From: Phaeosaccion multiseriatum
Taxonomy: Eukaryota; Protista; Ochrophyta, other classes
Direction of reading: 5' to 3'
Assembly (NCBI GenBank): GCA_965112735.1
Contig: OZ218957.1
Location: 3,348,001-3,412,000 of the forward strand
Length of the DNA: 64,000 nt
How positions within the stretch are numbered: position 1 is the stretch's first letter; each line of letters begins with the position of its first letter. Position numbers and translations under genes: made by a program. The notes beneath the pieces are model-generated. The model had not been told where the DNA came from. It ran no database searches and worked only from the letters and a program-made list of their open reading frames with translations. Below, piece after piece: positions 53,202 to 63,216 of this stretch.

Positions 53202-53440
53202 CAGTGGTGCCTCTGTCGGTGGTCAAAAGGATCATCACCGAGGTTGTGAAGGTGGTTGGGGCCGGACCACCCCCAGCAGCACCAGCAGCAGCAGGAGAAG
53301 AAGAAGAAGAAGAAGAAGAAGGAGGAGGAGGAGGTAGCAAGGACGTCACGCAGTCTGTATCGCCGGCAGAGGAGTATGAGGAGGCGGTGTGTAAAAAGGT
53401 GCTGCTCAAGCTTCAGGGGCAGGGGCAGGGCAGGCACTGA
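47744..53440 (+). CDS. MPS1: Dual-specificity mitotic kinase MPS1/TTK
   Basis: [96 protein letters not shown]; N-terminal KEN box (MMGDKEN). Confidence 0.95.
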
Positions 53441-54108
53441 CAGGCCTCACTCACGCCCAAGAGACAGGGGGAGGGAGTGACGCCTCAAGTAGGAGTTTCC
53501 GTTTCGGTTTCAGTTTATTTGTTTATTTACATACTAGACCTTATCGTTCCCGAAGGTCGATATGGACGTATGCGTGAGAGTGCCAGTCTTGCTTATGAAG
53601 TGCGAGGTGTGAGCTCACCACGTGCGTTCGCACGGGGCAGTGCGGCGCAGTGGAAAGAGCTGCTGTCGGAGCTTCAAGGCCGCGCAGGAGAGGCGTATGG
53701 GCATGTGAAAAGAGGGGGGGGGGGGCAACACTCAACAGTAAGAGCCTGCACGCCGCCCCGGCAAAAGCCCCAGCAGCGGAGACAAGGAGGAGAGACCCAT
53801 GGCACAAGGTGTTTGTTTCATGTACAGAAGGCATTTCTTCGACTTCGAGACAGAGCCTCCTCTCTTTTCTGTGCTGCCCCTCAGGCACTAAACCGCCTCC
53901 ATCGGCCCTTGTGCTGCGATCCAGCAACTCCGCTCGGGGAGCCGCAGAGGATAGACTTGACTGCCTCCAAGAAAGCGAGCACCGGAGTAGGAGGGGGGTC
54001 CGTCCGTCTGTCGACATCAGCCCAGAGCGCATGTCCTCTGAGCATCTCTTCAGTAACACCAAGAGGTAACTCGGCCCTACCTGGGTCAGCTCAAGCCCCA
54101 TTCCGAGG

Positions 54109-55485
54109 TCAGTCTTGTTCTTCTGGGCAGTCGCAGGGGTGTCCGTTAGCATGTATCCACTGCTTCATCTCCTTAAAGGGAGCATCAGCCCAGTCCTCCC
54201 ACGATTGCCAAGCCATACCTGACCGGAACTGTGGGCAACAACTGCTGTCCCAGGGACACATGATCTCCTCCGAGCGGAGCCATTTGAGCACAGACAGGCC
54301 CTTTTCGTGACCAGTTGCCCACTCACAGACTTGTTCATCCCACCTGAACAGCTCCCGTGCGTTGGCGTGCAGCCACTGCAGCACCTCCAGAGTACCACAT
54401 TCCCCGGCCGCCCACCCCGCGCACGCTCTCCACCTGTCATAATCCCCCTCTTGTTCCGCCTCTTGTTCCGCCTCCATCTCAGCCCTGACCTTGGGATGAT
54501 GGAGCACCCATTCCACCACAGGAATACGCCCCGATTCAATAGATCCTTGCAAAAGCCCATGATGAAATGGCGCGTTCATCTCGTCTCCGAGCAGCCATTC
54601 CACCAACTCCAGCTTCCCCTGCAGAGCTGCTTCCTCACACACACTTTCATCCCACGGGCACCTCGGCTTGTCTGGAAGGACCCTTGACCGGAGCCACTTG
54701 AGCACACTCCGACTGTGGTGCTCGTTCCTCACTGCAGCGGTACACGCCCCCTCATCCCAGGGACAGCCCATGTGATGGAGGGCCTTGCACACGTCCACAT
54801 CTCCATGCAGAGCAGCGGCCATGAATGTTTCGACTGTAAGCTCGTAGCCGTGCCTCCTGGCCCAGTACAAGCGCTCCACGGACGCCACTACACTCGCCTG
54901 ACTTGTCTTAGCTGGGTGCGCAACGATGTAGTAGCCCCTCCACGCCTTGCACACCGTCGCGACGAAGGCGTACTCCCCCTGCCCCACGAGCTCCATCACC
55001 ATTCCATAAAGCTCCTTCATACCAAAGGCCTTTGCACAGCCGCCCCTGCCAGGAAGGGAAGCTCGGCGAGAGGGCGCACGAGCTTCTGAATCAGGAGGGC
55101 GACATCCGCCATCTCGTGCGCCTCCTTTGGAGCCCCACTGCTTTCGTTTGGTGCCTCCCCTTCTGTCTCCCCCTTTCATCCCCTCCTCTACTTCTCCATC
55201 GGAGTGGTCGAGGCTACGGTTTCTGGGGGCTTCTGACGACTGTACTTCGAGGCGGAGGAGGAGCAGCTCCCTCTCCCTCTCGTGAGCCTTCTCTTTCGCC
55301 TTCTCGTTCAATAGCTTGGACTCCCTCTCCCTCGCGGCTTGGAGGTGCGCAAGCAGCGCCTTCCTCACTTCCACCTTCTCACGATCCGCTGTTGCTGCTG
55401 CGGCTCCCAAGCTCAGCCCCAGGTAGCTGCCCTGCCCGCTTAAGGCCTTCTCTACTGCCGCGATGCTCCCCCGTATGTCCTCCAT
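54109..55485 (-). CDS. Intronless ankyrin-type repeat protein (CPWD family) with F-box-like segment, paralog A
   Basis: Repeats AALHGDVDVCKALHHMGCPWDEGAC, RCPWDESVCEEAALQGKLELVEWL, GTLEVLQWLH and CPWD; F-box-like LYGMVMELV...FVATVCKAWR. Confidence 0.85.
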   Translation of the reverse strand: MEDIRGSIAAVEKALSGQGSYLGLSLGAAAATADREKVEVRKALLAHLQAARERESKLLNEKAKEKAHERERELLLLRLEVQSSEAPRNRSLDHSDGEVEEGMKGGDRRGGTKRKQWGSKGGARDGGCRPPDSEARAPSRRASLPGRGGCAKAFGMKELYGMVMELVGQGEYAFVATVCKAWRGYYIVAHPAKTSQASVVASVERLYWARRHGYELTVETFMAAALHGDVDVCKALHHMGCPWDEGACTAAVRNEHHSRSVLKWLRSRVLPDKPRCPWDESVCEEAALQGKLELVEWLLGDEMNAPFHHGLLQGSIESGRIPVVEWVLHHPKVRAEMEAEQEAEQEGDYDRWRACAGWAAGECGTLEVLQWLHANARELFRWDEQVCEWATGHEKGLSVLKWLRSEEIMCPWDSSCCPQFRSGMAWQSWEDWADAPFKEMKQWIHANGHPCDCPEEQD

Positions 55486-55860
55486 GGTTTGGGAGTTTGG
55501 TAGAGTCCGGGGGTTGGGGGAAGTGGAAGAAAAGACGAAGAGAGAGAAAGGACTTGATAGGAATCACCTAAGAAGCTGAATGTGTGATTGTGGGTCCATG
55601 TGACTCTGTGTCTCCGGCCAGTGCTATGTTCCCCCTGAGAGAAAAAAAAATGATGCCATCTGAAGAGTAGGTACATATCACCAACACGTCAACTTCCCCG
55701 ACCATCTCATCCATCTGATCACGGATAGACGTTCTCGGTTCTCGGTGGTATTCTTAAACACAACCCCCACTTCACTCTCCAGCCTTTTCTCTCACTCAAA
55801 CATACCTCCCACCCACAGCCAAGCGTAGTGAAACTGGAAGGAAGGAAGAGGGAAAGGAGA

Positions 55861-57396
55861 ATGGAGGGCAGCACGCTTAACGGAGCCGCGAATGCGGGAG
55901 GGGGCGTGACGGGCGAGAGTCAAAAGCCTGGGGGAGCGCGGGGGGTTCTTCCGCGAGGCTGCACCCGTCTACGCAGCAGCGGACCCGCGGCATTGATACT
56001 GGTTGCCGGCCGTATTCCGAGCAACAAGGCTCTGTGGGGCGTGTGCAAGGAGGTCGACCAGGTAACCTGCCGCGTATTGGAGATCAACGCCGACATGCCC
56101 CGTGCTGTCCAGTCGCGTATGCTGGGTATGCTGAAGCGGCAGCAGCAGCAACAGCGGGAGGAGATTCATCGCCTTGCTGCCGCTTCTTCTCCTCCCGCCT
56201 CCACCCAGGGAAGAGGTGTCGGGGAAGGGTGGCGGCAGCCCGAGATGGTGGGGACAACCACGCAGCTGGATCCAGCGGGCTCCTTTCGCGTCACGGCGGT
56301 GCGCCTCGGCCTCCAGAGGGGGTGGGGAGGGGGGGAATCTGTTGATGGCGCTCTCGCTACGAAAGTGTTGGCACTGTTGCCGCTCTCGGTCAAGCGTGTG
56401 CGTTTCTCTGGGTACGTCTATCCATGCAGCCCTGTTGCTATACCCGACGGAGTGGAGGAGCTGGAGTTTCCATCGTGGTCAAAGTTCTCCGGCCCTATCG
56501 CTCTCCCGGACTCGCTGAAGAAGATCACTTTTGGCACGGACTTCAGGGCTGATTTAGAGTTACCAAGCTCTCTGGAGGAGTTGAAATTTCCATCTTTCTC
56601 GAGCTTCGACAAGTCAATCGTCCTCCCTTCCTCGCTCAAGAAGGTCGCTTTTGGAAAACACTTCAATCAGACTGACTTGGTGTTACCAAGCTCTCTTGAG
56701 GAGCTGGAGTTTTCAGTGCAGTCAAAGTTCGACAAGCCAATCGTGCTCCCTTCCTCGCTGAAGAAGGTCACTTTTGGAAAACACTTCAATCAGACTGATT
56801 TGGTGCTACCAAGTGCTTTGGAGGAGCTCACATTTCAACCCAACTCCAGATTCAACAAGCCGATTGCGCTCCCCTCCTCGCTGAAGAAGATCGCTTTTGG
56901 CGAAAAGTTCAATCAGGCTGATCTGGTGTTACCGTGCTCTCTGGAGGAGTTGCGGTTTACATACCATGATAAGAGCTCGGAGTTCAACATGCCAATCACT
57001 CTCCCCTCCTCCCTCAAGAAGATCCGTTTTGGTGAGCACTTCGACCAGCCTGGTGTGGTTTTGCCAAGCTCTCTGGAGGAGTTGGAGTTTGTGCCTTACT
57101 CACGGTTCAACAAGCCAATCGTCCTTCCTTCCTCGCTGAAGAAGGTCACTTTTGGCCATCGATTCAATCGGCCTCTGGTGGTTCCTTGTGGTGTGGAGGA
57201 GCTCAAGATGGGGCACTCTTTCTGCTGCCCGCTGGACCTCCCGGCCTCTCTGCAGACGCTTACGCTGGACTGTACTCACAAATTCCCTCCTGTGGAGGGT
57301 CTGCCTGCTGGGCTGAAGAAGCTCAAGGTTCACAGGACATGCCCGCTGCCTGCACTTCTACCCGACGGACTGGAGGTGACGTATTTTAGGTATTGA
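55861..57396 (+). CDS. Intronless FNIP-repeat (LRR-like) protein with a possible N-terminal F-box-like segment
   Basis: About 5.5 tandem 41-aa (123-bp) double units, LPSSLKKVxFGxxFNQxDLV / LPSSLEELxF....FxKPI; N-terminal ALILVAGRIPSNKALWGVCKE. Confidence 0.88.
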   Translation: MEGSTLNGAANAGGGVTGESQKPGGARGVLPRGCTRLRSSGPAALILVAGRIPSNKALWGVCKEVDQVTCRVLEINADMPRAVQSRMLGMLKRQQQQQREEIHRLAAASSPPASTQGRGVGEGWRQPEMVGTTTQLDPAGSFRVTAVRLGLQRGWGGGESVDGALATKVLALLPLSVKRVRFSGYVYPCSPVAIPDGVEELEFPSWSKFSGPIALPDSLKKITFGTDFRADLELPSSLEELKFPSFSSFDKSIVLPSSLKKVAFGKHFNQTDLVLPSSLEELEFSVQSKFDKPIVLPSSLKKVTFGKHFNQTDLVLPSALEELTFQPNSRFNKPIALPSSLKKIAFGEKFNQADLVLPCSLEELRFTYHDKSSEFNMPITLPSSLKKIRFGEHFDQPGVVLPSSLEELEFVPYSRFNKPIVLPSSLKKVTFGHRFNRPLVVPCGVEELKMGHSFCCPLDLPASLQTLTLDCTHKFPPVEGLPAGLKKLKVHRTCPLPALLPDGLEVTYFRY

Positions 57397-58407
57397 GTTG
57401 AGGTGGAGAGTTTTGTGCTGCGCACGTGGGGAGAAAGCTTGATCAACACGACGTCAACACGACCTGAATGGCACCACCACCGCCCAGCATCGCTCGCCGC
57501 GGCGTTCTCGCTATTCGTCTCCATCATGCGCAACCGAGGCGACATTGTGTGGCAAGAAGGTGGAGACAAGCAAGCTACGCAGAGCGAGCACCGCACAAAG
57601 CCGTGCGTCGCTGGGAAGGAGACGAGACGACACAGGAGGACTGCGGGGATGAACCTAGGAGGAGGGAAGGAGGGGGCGATTCCGCACATCCACGCGGGAG
57701 AGGGCTGGGAACGCAAACGTGGGCGAAGCAGTCGCGTGGCGGGGGAGGAACGTCACGAGACAATGACCGGACAGGGAAGGAGTTACCCTACTTACAGCAC
57801 TAAGGGCCGCGTAAGAATCAATCAAACTTGAGCAGTGGCGACCTCGGGAGCGCTCAAAACAAAGCATCGTAGTTGAACTTGCCCAACTCGGGGTTCAAGA
57901 GCGAACCCAGGGGGGTCAGATTTGTCTCCCCCCACGGACGGGAATGTGCTTGTCGAAGGTGTGGTGCAGTGTACATCTTGCGCTTGCGGTGAATAACAAG
58001 GAATGAGACCAGAGAGTAGGAGCGGGTGAGCCGTCCGTCAAATACGGCAAGTGTACTTGTTTAAGTCACTTCACTGTATATATATACTATACTGCCTTCC
58101 GAGGCCTTCCGAGGCCTTTGAGTCCCGCCTATTGAGTGGAGCCCAACCCCCCGTCCTCGCCACAGGGTTTCCGTTTCAGTTTCCGCTTGCGAGTCCGACC
58201 CCAGTACGCACACTCCGAGACTCAGAGTGGAGAGGCTGAAAGGTATTGCCCTGCTCGAGATCATCCTCATCCGGGCATGCCAGTGATACCGCCTTCGGAG
58301 ATGGAAACACAGCACCAACTGTTCCATGTTAATCGTTCGCCGCTGAGTCCCTCCCTCCGCCTTTGTCTCACAGTCCGAGAAGTCACACACCGTCCCTTGC
58401 TGCTTCC

Positions 58408-59635
58408 TCAGTCTTGGCAGTCACACGGGTGTCCATTGGCGTGCACCCATTGCTTCATCTCCTCAAAGGCGACAGGGGCCATGTTCCACCTTGCACCCAG
58501 GCGGTCTTTCAGCTTCTGTGGGCATGCCCAGCTGTCCCACGCACACAGGACCTCCTCTGATCGGAGCAATTTCAGGACAGAGAGACTCTTGGCGTGGTAC
58601 ACCGCATGATGACACACAATTGCATCCCACCTGCACAGCTCGCGTGCGTTGGAGAGCAGCCATTGCAGCACTTCTAGACTGTCAGCTCGGGTCGCCCAGT
58701 AAGGAGCCGACCTCCACCTGCTCTGCTCCCCTACCGTCTCCATCTGAGCCCTAACTTTGGAGTTGTGAAGTACCCACTCGATCACAGGGATACGCCCTGA
58801 CTGAATAGACCCTCTCAAAATGCAAAACTCAAATGGTGCGTTTGCCTCGTCTGTGAGCAGCCATCCTAACATCTCCAGCTTCCCTTGCCGAGCTGCTTCC
58901 TCACACACCCCTTTACTCCATGGGCACCTCTCCTTGCCGGGCAGGTCCTCCATCCGCAGCCATTGGAGGATGTTCAGTCCATGCCTCTCATTCCTCGCAG
59001 CAGCCTCACATACGCTAGGATTCCAGCCACAGCCCATCCGGTGAAGAGCCCTGCATATGCCCAAATCTCCGTCTTGTGCCGCAGCTCTAAACGTCTCCAC
59101 ACCCAGCTCATACCCGCACTTCCTGGCCCAGCTCAAGCGCTCCACGGACTCCACCACACTCCTGACGTATGTTGCCTTGGCTGGATACATGTGTCTGTAG
59201 TGTTCGTTCCACTCCCTGCTCACCACCCCTACGAAGAAGTTGTGGCCACCACCAGTCCACTCCATCACTTTGCTCAGCAACACAGCCTGAGCGAGGGCCT
59301 GGTCACAAGCTTCGAAGGTCCCACCCTCGCTTCCCGCACTTGCGGCAAGGGCGGTGAGGTCAGGAGCAGCTGCCACGCTGGCTGCTCCTCCTCCTCCTCC
59401 TCCTCCTCCTCCTCCTGCTCCTCCTCCCCCCCCCCCCCCCTCCTCCTCCTCCTCCTCCTCCTCCTCCTCCTCCTCCTCCTCCTCCCCCTCCTCCTCCCCC
59501 TCCTCCTCCTCCTCCTCCTCCTCCTCCTCCTCCTCCTCCCCCTCCTCCTCCTCCTCCTCCTCCTCCTACCACCCGGGGGGATTCGGTGGGTGGCGCTGGT
59601 CTTTTGCTGCCCTGCTTTCGGTCCGGTCCCTCCAT
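58408..59635 (-). CDS. Intronless ankyrin-type repeat protein, paralog B; apparent +1 frameshift in the C15 run at 59426-59440
   Basis: Colinear with paralog A (SVERLSWARKCGYEL, RCPW..VCEEAA.QGKLE, EMKQWVHANGHPCDC). The ATG at 59635 is 1 nt out of frame with ORF 58408..59376. Confidence 0.8.
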
Positions 59636-59858
59636 ACCTTTCAATCAGTCTTTTCGAAGGCAGGAAAAAAGAAGAGAGGAAGAAATTGAAGAGAAAAATG
59701 CAAAAATGAGAAACAGGAATTGTGATAGCTTTGGTGATACGGTGGCAAAGGGTTGGCAAACACTCCATCAAATATCAAATATCGGCCTTCCAACCTCCAA
59801 CAAGGGGATCCCTTGGCTTTCTGGCTCAAGATAGCCGCGCACAGCCTATTGCGGTGAT

Positions 59859-62800
59859 ATGGCATGGCGATGGAACTTGCGTTGGACACTCAGGCGAAGG
59901 CGGCGAAGCCTGATGTCCACCCATAGGGCGGCTGACCAACCCACCGCTGCCGATGCTGGGCTTGTGGAAGAGCTCTGTTCTTTGAGTTTCCAACTACGAG
60001 CAACAGCCTCAGCAGCCCCAGCACCGGGTGTGCAAACAAGAGGGAGCAGCAGAGTATGGGGCTTGCAGCAGCGGAGAGGGTTGGCAGGGCAAGCAAGGCA
60101 TGCACCACCCCCGCCACCACGAGCAGCACCACCACTATCATCAGCAGCCCATGCGATGACACTTGAATCATTGCAAGAGGAGCTGGCTACCTTGGGTAAG
60201 CAGTCTCAGTGGAGGGGTGTGGCTCCCTTGCTGGTGAAGGCCAAGGCAGCTGGAGTGCCACCAAGCCTGGCGGTGTATAAATCAGCTCTGTCAGTCTTAG
60301 CAAATGCTGGACGGTGGAAGGGCTGTCTCTCGCTGCTGGATGAGATGCGTCGCACGGGCACGATACCACCCGACGTCGAAGCGTTTACTATTGCGCTGCA
60401 GGGGTGTCGAGTTGCTCGACGGAAAGATGAGCCCCCACGTCTGCAGCGGCATGTAGCGGCAACAACATCTCCTCCACTAGCACCATCATCATCATCATCG
60501 AGCACAGGGGCCATCGCCAGGGACGGTATGAGCGCCGAACGGATGCAGTTCGAGATTGCCTTGGTGGCACTGTGGAGCGTTGCCGAGGTGCGGCAGCGCT
60601 TGTCGGAGGGGGCGGGGCGCACCTCCATCGTCGGTCCCGCTGATGGTAGAGTGACAGAGACGGGAAGAAGCAGCAGCAGTAGCGGCCCAAGGAGCCGCGA
60701 AAAGGGGGGAAGTAGTGGGAGGGCGGCCGGAGGAGGAGGAGGAGGAGGAGGAGGAGGGCGGCATGGTGGGCCCAAAGAGACGGAGAGGGCGACGAGCGGC
60801 GGCAACAGTGCTCCCTGCGCCCAATCGCTCTACGCCAAGGCCATGGCTGTGATGAAGGAGGTGAGGATGGCGGAAGTGGAGCAGGTGGATATGGACGCAT
60901 TTATCACTGCCGCCTCCAAACTGAGTCAGTCGCAGCACTTCGACGTCGCTGCTGCCCTTCTTGACGTTGCGTTTAGGCGTAACCTCACCCCCAAGCAGAC
61001 GCAGCAGTTGGTGATACAGCAGGAGAAGATAGATGGTGTGGAGGAGGCAGCAAAGGGGGGGGGGGGAGGGGAGGAGGAGAAGGAGTGGGGCACGATGAGC
61101 GCCGCTTTGTATACCACCGCCTTGGACGTGTACAGCCGGGCGGGGCAGCACGCGTGCTCGGCAACGCTCCTCAAGCAGATGCGGCGTCAGCAGGGCATGT
61201 CCATTCCTGATATCGCCATCTTCAACACGGCACTCACGGACTATGCAAAGGCAGGGGAGGTGGACATTGCCCTTCGCTCACTGCAGGATTGGAAGCGTGA
61301 CGCGGTGGCGACAGCGGCGACATCAGCAGCAGCCGCAGAAGGGGGAGGTGGAGCAGCAGTAGCAGCAGCAGCAGGAGGAGGAGGAGAAGGAGGAGCAGCA
61401 GGAGGAGGTATCGTGGGTCCAACTCTGGTCTCCTACAACATCGTCATCAATGCGTGTGCCAAGGCGCGACGCCTCACCCCTGCCCTCTCCCTGCTGCAGG
61501 AGATGCGCTCAGCACGAGCCCTTGGCCCAAGCAATGCGGTCCGGCGTGATTTGTGTAGCTTCAACTGCGCGCTGGACGCATGCGGCAAAGTAGGAGCCTC
61601 TCGAAGGGCGCTGGAGCTGCTGAGGACCATGAGGGAGGAGGATGGGCTGACGCCTGATGTCAAGTCCTACACCGCCGCAGTGGTGAGTGGTGTGAAAGGG
61701 AGGGGAGGGGGAGTGGAGAAGAGGGGAGGGGAGTGGACTGGACTGGACTGGAGTAGTCGAGTGGAGTAGAATGGAGTAGAGGGAACAGGAGTGGAGTGGA
61801 AATGAAGTGGAGGACAGGGGAGGACAGGACAGGACAGGGGAGGGGAGGGGAGGGGAGTGGAGTGGGGGTAGCGTGACCACAACCACAGGGTTCTCTCTCG
61901 CCCTCTGTCTCTCTCTCTCTGTCCTTCTCCCCATCCCTCTCTCTCTCTTCCTCCCTCCTCTCCTTCCCCCCCTCTCTCTCGTCTCCAAAGCACGTGCATC
62001 ATCCTTACATCCTTTTTGTGTGTGCGTGTGTGCGTGTGTGCGTGTGTGCGTGCGTGTCTCCCCCCTCCCCCCCCTCTACGAAGGTATCATTCATGAAGAG
62101 CCCCCGAGGCACTTGTTCAGAGGAGAGGGCGGCGGAGGCCGAGCGATTCTTGGGGCTCCTTGACGAGATGAAGTCCAGACTGCCGCATTGGGATCGAGTG
62201 CGTCGTCAGGCAGAGGCATATGGGGGGGAGGGAGGGATCGAGGGAGGGGGGCGCGGAAGGAAGGAAGGAAGGAAGGCAGTTTATCGCCATGTCGGGCGAA
62301 CGCCAGGCGTGCTGGTGGTGGCAGGGGATGTATTTGCTGGGCAAGAGGAAAATTGGCTTCGCCTGTCTCTCCCTCTCTCTCTCTCTCTCGATATATGTCT
62401 ATCGATCTGTCGGTCTGTCTGTCTCTATCTGTGGGCACCTTTGAACCCGCTTTTACCTCGTTAGCCCTGCGTGGCATCGCGCAGTTGCAGCAAATACTGT
62501 TTCCCTCGCCCTCACATCTTTTCTCGTTGTGCTGCTCTTCCCCCCTCTTCTCACCTCCCGAACCCATTGTTACTCACACCCTTTGCAGTCGTGCTTTAAC
62601 GCTGCGGTGGCGACGTGTAACCGCCACGGACTGTTTAGCAAAGCGATGGAGCTCCTCGATGGGATGGAGCAACAGGGCCTGCCCCACAACCTCTACCACT
62701 ACCAGGGCCTCACGCACTCGCTGGTGGAGCTCTCCTCCACATCCTCGCTGACGGATCCGACAAGCCCGACAAGTGGCGGAAGTAGCAGTGGCGGTAGTAG

Positions 62801-63178
62801 CAGTGGTGGTGGTGGTGGTGGGCACGGCGAGACTGCCGTGAATCTGCTTCGAACCATGCGTGAGCGAGGGGTGATGCCGGACTCCGCCTGCTTTGTCAAT
62901 GTGATGAAGTGTTGCAGCAGAGACGGAGACGACGACACCATTCTCCAGCTGCAGGAGGAGGCAAGGAGAGAGGGGGTAGCGTTGAAGGAGGTCACAGTGG
63001 CGACGACCATATTGACGGCTTGTGGGTACGCCACGGACGGGCGGAAGCTGCTGAGACGGTGGTGCGAGTTGAGGGGGGAGGGGGGGGGGCTCAAGGGGGC
63101 CGTTGCTTCTTTCTGCGTCTACAGCGCGATGTTAGGCGCTCTGGGGAAGTGCCAAGAGAAGGCGAAGGGGGCGGCAGC

Positions 63179-63216
<38 letters not shown>

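Noticed and set aside
53541-54152. Additional gene downstream of ankyrin A (203-aa minus ORF / 277-aa plus ORF)
   Set aside because: No recognisable domain, and both ORFs overlap the ankyrin gene; at most a decayed remnant.
54109-59635. Intact endogenous giant virus or Maverick
   Set aside because: No capsid, polymerase, packaging ATPase, integrase or terminal repeats were seen.
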